64,000 nucleotides of DNA from Pocillopora damicornis (lineage: Eukaryota). The notes under the pieces were generated by a model. It made no database searches, was not told where the DNA came from, and saw only the letters and a program-made list of their open reading frames with translations. This document shows, one piece after another, positions 47,872 through 58,925 of the stretch (position 1 is its first letter; each line of letters starts with the position of its first letter). The stretch spans positions 620,001-684,000 of the forward strand of contig NW_020847607.1 in NCBI RefSeq assembly GCF_003704095.1, given 5' to 3'. A program made the position numbers and the translations under genes.

Positions 47872-50800
47872 ATGGCTTCAAGTGGTGGATCTGGAGGGAG
47901 ATCACCTCAAAAGCTACGAGAATTAGTTAACTCTAGTAAGGTAAGGCTAAATTTTAAAAGGTTGACTGTGGTTAGTTGACTTGAAACAAAGCAGCCAAGT
48001 TAATTTTCGACTTGTTGATATATGTCTGAAATGTCTGAAAACATTTCTACTCACACAACCAAGTAGATGCTGGGTTCAAGTTTCTTGTGTACAATTTTTT
48101 TAAAATTTTCTTTTTTATTTTAAGAATCATGCGGGTATCTATGACAGATCACGATTGTACATGTACATATGAATATTATAATTTCCAGTGCATACAGGAG
48201 CCACGTCTAAAGAATATTAAAATTTCTCAGGCTTCTTGAATGCCTTATTTATTATGTTTTATACTTAAGATATATTGAGAAGATATTTCCTTTTCTTCCA
48301 AAAATAATGAAATGTTAGTGAAAGAAATAAGCGTTCTTATATTCAAATTGCCTCTCTTTGTTTTTATATATTGAAAGGTATCGATTTGTTTTCTCAATTT
48401 ATGGACAGGTGGTAATCTTATTTAAAGCTCCCAAAAATCCTCCCAGCTGCTAATAGTTAACACTGTTTTTAAACCTTTACACCATAACATCAGTATCCCT
48501 ACTCTACACACTATTCTCTATACATTACTTTTGGTACTGATAAGGAGAATTTGTTATACAATCAAAGCTTCCTAAGTTTGTGATCATTTCTTTAATTCTC
48601 ATGATCTTAATGAATGATTTAGCACTATTACTGTAAGGAGAAATTAGATGCTGGTCACTCTTAGGGTTGAAAGTTTTTTAGGCAGAGTTCTTTCCTTTTT
48701 CTTACCAAAATAAAAATAAAAAAAACAGACAGCATTGGATGTTGATTAGGAATGTACACTTGAAAATCTTTTCTTCATGTAAACAAATCAAACTAAAGTT
48801 GTGTGTGTGAGCCTCTCATGGTAGGATCCAATAGAATGGGAAATAACCCCAGCACATATCATTGTCACCCTCTAATTGTTTGTTATTTATAATTGTAGTT
48901 TGACAGTGTGGAATTTCCTGAAGAAATGAAAGCAAATCTGGAAAAGCTAAGAGCACTGTCAAAAGATGATTTATCAGAAAATGGATTACTGCGTTCCCGC
49001 ATTGATCAGCAGTGTGAACTGATATGCATTCTAAAACAGCGTGCAGACGAATCTCTGAAGAAGTGCATGACTCTTGAGGAAGAAAACAGTGAGCTTAAAA
49101 AACACAGAGATGAAATATTGACTGCTTTACATAATGAAACAAGAAAGTTTGCTGTGATGGAGAAAAGATTCTTTGTGCTTAATAAGAATCATGAGGAACT
49201 TATTAAAATAAAGGATGAATACAAAACTGAGAATGAAAAATTACGGATGGAAAACACTAATCTGAGGAGGGAAAATGAAGGACTTTTTGGAAGCCTTGTG
49301 CAAGAGCGAGATGCACAAATTAAGCAACTAAGAGATGAGTTGAAAAGTCTCCATGATGAATACCAAGCTGCAAGGGAAAAAGAAAGGTTAGAATAAATAA
49401 ATAAATAATCTATCTTTTTGCCTCAATTAACACACTCCCCCCTGCTGCATATGCAAGAACCTATGTTAACTTAATTCTAAGAGCTTTTTATGATGTAACA
49501 ACTAGTTTCCATTGTCTCACAATAACTTCTACATGTAATTTCAGCATATGGTTTAAGTTATTTGCTAGTGAATTGTTATTTTCCTTTTTAAGGATAGCAT
49601 TGGGAAATCTGTCTGCTATGGAAAAGAAGCATTGTGAACAGACTGAAAAACTTCAGCAAGAAATCAAAGTTTTGCAGAAAGAGGCAGAAGGTTTGTTCAG
49701 GGAAATTCATTTTACATTGTGACTACCATCACCAGGATCACTTGCTCAAAAGAGAGAAATCTTTTTACAGCAAACAAGGATTGAATGCCATCTAAATTCT
49801 CTGTTGTCTTCTTTTGCTTTTTTCTGAAGCACTGATTGGCAAAATTATGGTAGAATCTTTGCTTATTTGCTAATGGTGTGATTGGTTGATATTTTTTTTA
49901 ATCCTTTACATCCAAAATCAGTATGCATATTCTCCATGCTGATCTTTATACATATCCCAAGGTGCTGATAAGGAGAATTTGTTGAAAATCAAGAGCTTCT
50001 TTTGTTGGTGATCATTTCCTTTATTCTCATAAATTTAATGTGTGATTCAGGGGTGATATTGTAAGGAGAAATTAGATGTTAGTCACTCTTAAGGGTCAAA
50101 GGGTTAAGTGATCTCAGTAACAGTGCTGGTACTGTAATTTTTAATTTTCAGCCTTGAAACAATTTATTTTTATTTTTTATTGTGTAATGAAAATGGATTT
50201 CTTATGTTCCTTGTTTTGATGTTCCTATTCTTTAGAGCAGCATAGGAAGTCAGAGGAAAAGTTAAAAATGTCCTCAATAGAGAAAGATGAAACTCAAGCA
50301 AAGGTATTGGGATTGGCCAAGGATAGAGATGAGTTTGCAAAACTGGCTTTAGAAAGAGGGAAAGCTTTAGAAGTAAGAATTTGTTTGCATATTTTTAGAA
50401 AATGATATTTGGTTATATTGTATGCATACTCTTTTGGCACCATTAAGCCTCTGAGGGCTGATGAAGACCTGGACATGGGCCGAAGGTCCTAACAAGCCCC
50501 TGATAGGCTATTTTTTTTCAGAGGCTTCCTATCATAGGGATTTGATTTACTTGTTTTCAACTGCCAATGGTACAACAGGTGGCTGTACCATAATGCAAAA
50601 TGCAAAATTCATGATTAAATTCAAATGCTAATTCATGATTATTATTACTATAATTCAGGAAAAACAAAGAGAAATGAAAGAGATTTGTCAGAAACTAGAA
50701 GAGACTGAAAGATCACTGAAAGAGACTGAAGATAAGTTTGTGTAAGTGTCTAGTATTTTTATATGACAGAGTCTTTCAATTTATTTCTTTATTATCATTA

Positions 50801-51532
50801 TTATTTTTTATTTTTTCTGTGTAAATAACATGATTTATCACCAAGTTTTATTGACTGCTAAGACTGTTTTTGACACACTACAGGTCTGAATTACGCAGCA
50901 TGTCTGTGAATGCACAAGTTCTAAGACTCAAAAAACAGCTTGAAGACTCCGAGAGAAGACAAAGGGAAAGTGCAAAGGTAGGTCATTATGATATTTTGTG
51001 CCATGAATTTATGAAAGACATAACATTTAAACTTAAACGTATACTTGCCGTTTTTCTTTTTCATTTCTGCATTTCTGTTTCCATAGAAAAGCCAAAACAC
51101 CGAATTCGTTCCGTGTTAGACACATAAGGCGATGGTTTCTTGAAATACCCTATCAGAGTTTGTGTAAACACGTTTTAAGCACATATTGCGGATCATTCAC
51201 ATCTAGTGGACGCGATGACAAGTGCATTAAGCGCGATTGGTCGTAGAGCGCGCGTGTAATGTGCGTGTAACTCTCGCGTAATTAGAAAGTAAGTGAAATT
51301 GACAAGCAAGTGTGAAAAAAAGGTACTAGTTTACCATTTATTTTGTGTGATGTAATAATCCGTGATAGAGCAGCAACAGTAGAAATATGTGACCTTAACT
51401 GGCTACACCTTAAAAATTTATCGAAACTTCTCTTTTTTTTGGCAGGAGCACGATGCATATAAACGACATATGTCCACCTTGTTGGGAAAGGAGAAGGAAC
51501 TGAATAACAAGCTCAGAGTTCTTATTGGTTAA
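47872..51532 (+). CDS. CCDC89: Coiled-coil domain-containing protein 89-like, ~351 aa; exons 47872-47940, 48899-49386, 49593-49690, 50236-50372, 50659-50741, 50884-50977, 51446-51532
   Basis: LRSRIDQQCELICILKQRADE, RFFVLNKNHEELIKIKDEYKTENEKLRMEN and C-terminal AYKRHMSTLLGKEKELNNKLR match recalled CCDC89 blocks; 1056 nt open frame. Confidence 0.8.
48469..48675. mobile_element. ~205-bp TTAA-flanked MITE (piggyBac-like), degenerate copy
   Basis: Aligns with 49898-50107 (aaggagaatttg, tgatcattt, gtaaggagaaattagatg..gtcactctta). Confidence 0.7.
49898..50107. mobile_element. ~205-bp TTAA-flanked MITE (piggyBac-like)
   Basis: Termini ttaatccttt ... aaagggttaa; second copy 1.4 kb upstream in the same gene. 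Confidence 0.75.
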
Positions 51533-52069
51533 AATGTTTCGGATTCAGTCATCACGTTCATGGGCTCGGCGTGACAGATGTACGAAAGGCACCAACACGT
51601 GCACATCGATCGCATGACAGAATAAAGTCAGGCGTATAATTATAACCTTAAATTTGGCTGAGGTAGTAATTAAAGTATTGAAATGGCTGTGTATTACTAT
51701 GAGTAGTTTGTCTCTATTTGGTGGATTCAGATCGTAGCTGTCTATCACTTGTTTCGATTCCTCTCATCCGATGATGTACAGTGTACTCAGGCTGTGTTGG
51801 ATTAGCTGTGAGGGTAGAGACTCGCTACTGCGTCTTAGTCTCGATTTCTAAGAATAACTTTCTTCTTCCACATTTTTGTTATTGGATTAATTTTCTGCAT
51901 ATTGTGACTTTCTTTAGTAAAGAATGGTGTTGTCTCATACTTGTGTCTGTGTTTCAAATGGTTTCGTTGAGGTACAGTTCGTTTAGTGGCGATCAATTGT
52001 TAACTGGTCCTTTAATCAAACGACCTGTGTCAGATTATAGATGCTCCCCCTCAACTTCTCTTCCCCCAC

Positions 52070-52840
52070 CTCAGTCAGACGCTATCATAGGATTTGGGAG
52101 GCTTTGGTCTAATTTCGGATGCTATTGTTCGATTTCGGACGCTTCTGTCAAAATTCTGACATGATTGGTCAATTTCAATTATTATCATACTCGGACACTT
52201 TCTTCAGATTATGGAAACCATCGTTCGCAATTTCGGACGATTCCGCCCTCTAACTAAAATTATATATCCAAAATATACCGTATAATGTACACTAGGGTGT
52301 CAATGACAGCCATTATTATAAATAACACTTTGAACATGTATTAAATTTACCAGTCCCTGTGACTCTTGATGTAGAACTAAGTTCGCCTTCTGTATTAGCT
52401 AAATAGAAATACCATTGCGGGGATTTTTTTAAAGCACAATAGAGCTTGCTAGATCTTCTGCCTTATCTCGTACTTTCTAACTGCGTCTAGTAATATCTGT
52501 AATAAAAGACGAAATGTATTAAAGAATTGTGCAATTTCGAACATTATTCTTAGATTTCGCATATTACCGTTGGATCTCACAATTCATCTCTAATTTTGGT
52601 CGCTATCGTCCAATTTCGGACATTTCTGTTTAAAATTGGACACTTAAATTTCCTAATCATTCGACATCTTTTGCTTTTGGACCTTAGCGTCTATTTTTTA
52701 ACGCTTCTCTCTTGTTTCGTGCACTTAAGTTGGATTTTGGATGCAAATGTACGATGACAGATACTTAAGTCAGATTTCGGACGCTATCGTCCAAGTCCGA
52801 GATTGACAGCAACGTTTAACTTTGGACGCTATCATCTTAT
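52070..52840. repeat. Degenerate ~20-bp minisatellite (atttcggacgctatcgtcc-like) in two blocks
   Basis: Recurrent atttcggac/gctatcgtcc at ~52070-52245 and ~52530-52840. Confidence 0.55.
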
Positions 52841-53024
52841 CTCCCTCTTGATCACAAGACAAGATTTATCTGACTTTAGGGGATATTATTCGAAGGGTTA
52901 ACGTTCGCTAGGTGAAATCTTTTGAATGTGGAATTCGCATAAATGATTCCTGTCAGATTTCAGATTCGGGCTGCAACAAGCCTCTCTCTGTCGGGAGACT
53001 GGTGCATACGGAAGCTGTCAAATA

Positions 53025-53092
53025 TCACGTGACCTGTAGGAGTTCCTCGCAGCCATCTTGAATCTCGTAAGGTAAAGCTTTTTGTTTCCGGA
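53025..53092 (+). promoter_or_regulatory. ARPC2 proximal promoter motifs (E-box, YY1-like, ETS-like)
   Basis: TCACGTGA 53025-32, GCCATCTT 53052-59 and TTTCCGG ~53085, all within ~110 bp of the ATG. Confidence 0.4.
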
Positions 53093-53131
53093 TAGAAGGA
53101 TTCTCAAACACCACGGTTTTCTTTAGCCAAA

Positions 53132-56100
53132 ATGATTCTCCTAGAGATCAACAATAGGATTATAGAAGAGACACTGAGAGCCAAGTTCACGGGGTAAGAC
53201 TGTTGTAGCATGGTTTGTTCTTTACTTATGAAATTTGTTTTCGTTTGGGAGGTGTGTGATCGATTCCGGCTTGAAACATTTTTGCTGAAGAATTATAACC
53301 TTTCTCTTACAGTGGGAAGTTTGAGTCCGTGGATATAACGGTGGCAGGTTTGTTTTCTCTAATGTATCATTCTGTTTGTCCAAAGGGTTGATATATTATT
53401 GTAGAAAAAGCGCAGGTATTGCCATACATGAGTTGCATACATCTGGACCAAAAACATACTTAGATACTATGTCTAAATGATTTTACCTTTCCAATTATGT
53501 TCTTTAAGGTTTCTAGGGACCACTGAAGACTTCTAAAAGTCTTGAGCATTGTGAATGGGTGTAGTATATTAAAAGTGAAGCCATGTCATGGAACACTTTT
53601 CGTATAGAAATTCTGTATGCTTGATAATGGCCAGTATAAGTAGTGTAAACATGCAAGCTTTTTATTATAGGAAATTTAGTGACAGAAAAAAAAAGAAGCT
53701 AAAAGAAAAAAAACATCCTCTATGTCTATATAAAAAATGCTTAGGCCTTTGAAATTGAGGTGGAGAATTCTGTGGAATAGCCAGAGAATTCTCTAGTCCT
53801 CAATGTGCACTAAACACCTCAGTGTGTGCAGGTCGTTCTGATTTAAAGTCAGTTAAAGGGTTATTCTTTCCATGTACATGTATGACATGGTAGGTTCAAA
53901 ACCTTTGAAATTTTTAGGCATTTGACAAAGTTGACATTTTTCAGATTTTGATGGAGTGCAGTTTCATATCTCTAACCCCAATGGTGAAAAATCAAAGATC
54001 ATGGTAAGTATTAGAAAAAGTTTTCTCTTTAATGTTTGAATTCTTTGTTTCACTTTTGACTTTCATAATTTAAGAATCATTTTCTCCTCACAGCTCAGCA
54101 TTTCTATGAAATTCTACTCTGATTTACAAAAGTATGGAGCTGATGAGGTATGGTATAATCAAAATTTCTTGTAATAATGATGGGCAACTTTTGGGTTGTT
54201 GACTCTTTTTTATATGAAATGAAAAAGAATACAGAAATACTAAGTTAGGAGCAGAAGATAGATGTGCAGACATTTTGATTCATGTGTAAACTTTTGCTTT
54301 CAAGTGCTGTCTGTACTTTTTCTTTTTCTACTTTTTTAATTATTATAGCTGCTCAAAAAAGTATATGGAAGCTTCATGACAACTCCTGAAGAGGGTAAGT
54401 GGCCATTGCGTACATCTTTTACTCAATTATATAGTCATCAAATATGCAGCACCTTTCAATATGCAGTGCTGGTTGAACAAGAATATTTTTAATCACTGCC
54501 AAGAACAGGGGCTGCATGTGAAAATGAACTCTATCAAGAATTGTATGTAAAACACCAGTAGGGTTCAACTTTGTTGAAACAGTCTCTTTTTTTTTCTGTA
54601 TAACAATATTTTCTATTTAAAAATGACTATAACTCCCCATCTCTCCAGGGAGCTATGAATGTTTGCACACATTATGCAAACAGGGGAAAGCCTATCTTTT
54701 CTGTAAACAGAAAACCTGCTTCTTTTGAGTTGATATTTCCTTGTTATCATTTTTCTAGAAATAGGAGGATTTTTTAATAGGCTACCTCTGCAATAAATCC
54801 CAATAAATAAGTCCCCCCCCCTTAAATAAGCACAGCAATCAAGTCACAAAAAACAAATTGTTTTGGTGCTTATTTAAGTAAATGAAGTCTGTTTTCACCT
54901 AAAAGTATGCTTTTCTTTTATAGCCTATGATGTTTCCCTGTTGATTGACTTAGAGCAATTGCCATCTGATGAGAAGGAAAAAGGTGATTGTCATCAATTT
55001 AATATTTTAAGAGCATTGTGCATACTGTGAGGATCAGTAGTGTTGTTGAAAGGGTGGTCACTACATGTATTTTTTTTCGTTAATAATTATAGTCCTGTAA
55101 CTATGAATTATTTTGGTCTCCTTCCAGAGGAACTTATTCAGAAATTTGCTCTGTTGAAAAGAAACTGCTTTGCCTCAGTGTTTGAGAAATATTTTGACTA
55201 TCAACAAGCTGGCTCTGGTGGAAAAACTCAGGCAGTCATAAATTACAGAGAAGATGAGTCCATGTGAGTTAAAGAAGATTTTTTTAACATGTTTTATTTT
55301 TTCCTCCTTGACCATGGCAGTTCAATCTCTGAGACTGGTACATTCATTTTTAGTTTGTCTTAACCTCTTCCTTCCCAAATTCAAATTGAAAATTGAAATT
55401 CTCTGTTCTGGCTGCTATAAATTTTTAATAAGTGATGATGATGATGGATGATGGTCAAGTTGTTTCTTCCTCTTTCTTTCCAAAGTCTTAATGCTCTCAC
55501 AGCAAATACATGTACAATTTAGTGTTTTAGCATGATAACACCCCCTATATGATAGGTCAGTCTATACTGGTCACCTGCTTACTGAAAGTGTAAGGAGAGG
55601 TTATCTGTTTCTCTCTTCAGGTATGTCCAAGCAACAGATGATCGTGTTACAGTTGTCTTCAGTACTGTATTTAGAGATGATGATGATGTGATCATTGGTA
55701 AAGTCTTCATGCAGGTACAGTTTAGGCTAGCTCTGTGAATGCTTATTTTTTGAAATGTGAGAAAAAATAGTTCACAGAAGCAAAATTATTCCTATCCTTA
55801 ATTCCTTCTCCCATCCTGTCTCATCCCTCTGAGAAGAGAACAAGTTGTATAATTGTAAAAGTAACTAATTTTTATCATAAAGAAGCCACCAAAAAAGAAA
55901 ATTTGTTGATAGGGATGACAGCACCAAAAGTGTTTTAAATTGGAATGTTTATCCATCCGCCTCTACAAAGACAATGGTCCATCCCTTTCATAGGAATTTT
56001 TTGTGACTGAATCTATTGGATTCTGTAGATTTTCTAAAATTTCAGCCTTATCCATTGAACTCCTTTTATCCTACGGTTAAAGTTAGGTTGATACTGTAAT

Positions 56101-57697
56101 ATAATATAATCTTGTAACAGTGTTTTCACATAGCAGTCAGATTTATTTAGACAGATTGTCTACATGTATATTAGAGAATTAAAACTTCCTATTGTGTGTC
56201 AGGAATTCAAAGAGGGCCGTCGTGCAAGCCAGACAGCACCACAAGTCATCTTCAGTCACAAAGAACCCCCACAGGAATTGCAGGGAACTGGTGCCAAGAC
56301 AGGCGATAACATTGGATATATCACCTTTGGTTAGTATCCATTCTTAGACAGAATCTTTTGTTACCCTTGTGAGTGGAAATGATGGAGGATGATCTGACTA
56401 TCTCTTGTAGCAACATGAAACAGTTGGGGAGATTTCGCAGCATTTTGAGGACATACACTGTAGTATTAGCAGAGGGAAAGTGCCAACTTTAGACGGTTTT
56501 TTTTTAAAATTCTAATGTAGAGTAATGGAGCTCAACTTGAGTGAAGAGTACAAGAGTTACCCACCCCTCCCAAAGGAGATTCTATTTAAACTACCCACTA
56601 AGTGATGATGGAAGTGAAAATAGGTCTGGAAACAGACTAGTGCATGCTGAATCATTAATTAAAGTTCTCAGACTCAAACTATTTCTTGTCCTATAAGTAA
56701 GATGAAAATCAATACTAGAAAAGAATGCTAAACTTATCCATTCATTGCCAGTGTTTGCATTGTAACGCTCAGTCAAAAGTAGTTTTGACACACACTTAGA
56801 GGAATTTTGAGCGAGTGATAATCATATTAAACGATGACCATCTTGTACCTTTGTAGTTCTTGAACCACGTCACACAAAGCCTGATGCTCGAGACAGCACC
56901 ATCAATCTTATTCACACCTTCAGGAACTACCTGCATTATCACATCAAATGCTCAAAGGTACTTCTTACCTAATACACGTGTTACAAATTATTAAGATTTT
57001 AATTTTTATGTGGGGATGCAGGCCCCAAAACTAAACCAAAAGACCTTGTTACCACTTGTGAGTAAAAGAAACGCAGTGGTTTAACAGAACGTTCTTGTGT
57101 GTTTTATAAAGGCCTATCTTCATTCGAGGATGAGAGCTAGAACAGCAGAATTCATCAAAGTACTCAACAGAGCCAAACCGGAACAGAAAACAACAGAGAA
57201 GAAAACTGTGAAGTACGTAATACGGGTGTAGTTCTTTATTTATCGTCCATAATTTGGTTATCTGAACGAGCCAAGGGTTTACCTGGTAATTGAAACAGTA
57301 AGAAAGGCTTTTCTTGGGCGGCGGAAAAACGGGATAGCCGTCAACATTGTGGGACGAATTTTTACGAAAACGGTTCAGTGGAAATAAGGGGAAAATCGCA
57401 TCCAGCAAATGTAAAAGGAATTCTTGTTCAAAACAAGCGTTCTGATTTCAAGGCTTCCGTGAATAAGTCAATCGAAATGCGTTGTTGCAAATTGCTCCGA
57501 CGACGGGCTAACGCTCGAAAGGTGAGCTTTGAAACTCTTTACGGTGGCCAATGTACATTATTAACTCAACTCAGATAAACGCAAATTATCTTGTTAACTG
57601 CCCCACCGACGCAGCACCACAGTCTCTTTAGAAACGTGCCCCCTTATTAACTTGCGTTATTGTTTTTTACAGGGGTACGACGTTTGTTCGTCAGTAA
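53132..57697 (+). CDS. ARPC2: Actin-related protein 2/3 complex subunit 2 (p34), 299 aa; exons 53132-53193, 53313-53347, 53945-54003, 54094-54147, 54349-54394, 54924-54983, 55128-55263, 55621-55714, 56203-56329, 56857-56957, 57112-57212, 57673-57697
   Basis: [98 protein letters not shown]; 900 nt open frame. Confidence 0.97.
57494..57645 (+). mobile_element. Second copy of the hammerhead-bearing repeat, catalytic core mutated
   Basis: gctccgacgacgggctaacgctcgaaaggtgagcttt...gacgcagcaccacagtctctttagaaac. Confidence 0.7.
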
Positions 57698-58925
57698 GGA
57701 TCAATTTCTCGTTGGTTTCAACCGCACAACCAATTGCAGGAGCTGAACGCTACGGGCTGATTTGTGGGAAAAGAAACAAAGTTTAATCTTATATCTTGAA
57801 TCTTACGTTTTCTATTGCATTTTATATGTAAAATTAAGAGGAGTCCTTGAAGTAAAGATGTTACGTACGGTAGTTAAGCCCAGTTTGAAGTAAAACGCCA
57901 TTTTGTTATGTATCGTGCATTGGTTTTTACCAGTAGTATTTTGCCATCACAAAGCAATCCTTTTGTTGACATGTTGGAGAAATCTTCTGCCGAGGTTGAA
58001 AAACAATCTGGAGTTACAATGGTTTTGCTAAACTTCGCGCAACTTTATCGCCATTTTGAGGTCCAAAGGCATGAATTTTCATTATTTTTTCTACAATAAA
58101 CAGGTCTTTAACTGAGACAATCTCCCAATCAGGAATTTAAACATTCCCTCGTTTAATTTTCTCCAAAGTAGCTACAAAATTGTCTTTACAATTATTCAAG
58201 ATGTTGGTAACTGGTAGTTGCTACAAAAAAGTAGTTTCGTGCAAATTCTTAGATCAATAAATAAAGTTCCTACTAGTTTAGTGCTTTGTACTTGAAATTT
58301 CCATTCCGACTGTCCCTAAATTAACAGTCCATAGTTACTGTTATTTTTAAATACCATTACTAAAAAAATTCACGAGAAGCTTTTCTGCAAATATATTTTA
58401 CTCAATAGGTAAGTCTGTCCCACACGACCCACCTACGAATAGAAACAAACTCCTGTGCTGTGGTGATGGACTGAGCCTCGCTTATAATGAAAAACATTAT
58501 TTAGTCCATTCCTGGGTTCTATCCATGCGAACCTAAAAATTACTACTGATAAACTGACTGCTAAACTATAAAAAAGGTGTTGAATAAAACTGAGGCGTTT
58601 TTAACTGTGTGCTTAAATTAACGTCTAAGCAAATTATATTTCTACAAGGTTAAAAGATATCCGTCCGTCTCTCGAAACGTCGGCGCATAAGTCTATCGAC
58701 CAGCGGTCGGTAGACTAGTGTCCTCTCGTCTTGCTGGTAAACTCTCTGATAACAATCAAGCATATCGGTGAATTGCGATCAAAAAAGGTGCATTTTAGGG
58801 TATTTAAGAAGCACTAACGTTGACTATAAACTGAAGAATTTGTAATCCGGCGAATGAATTTGTAATCCGGCGGGAAAGAATGCTGCCCATTTAGAATAAC
58901 TTACTTCCTCGCGTAAGTAAATACT

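Noticed and set aside
56602-56650. Intronic C/D snoRNA in ARPC2 (GTGATGA...CTGA)
   Set aside because: Only ~50 nt between the boxes and no recognisable rRNA-complementary guide
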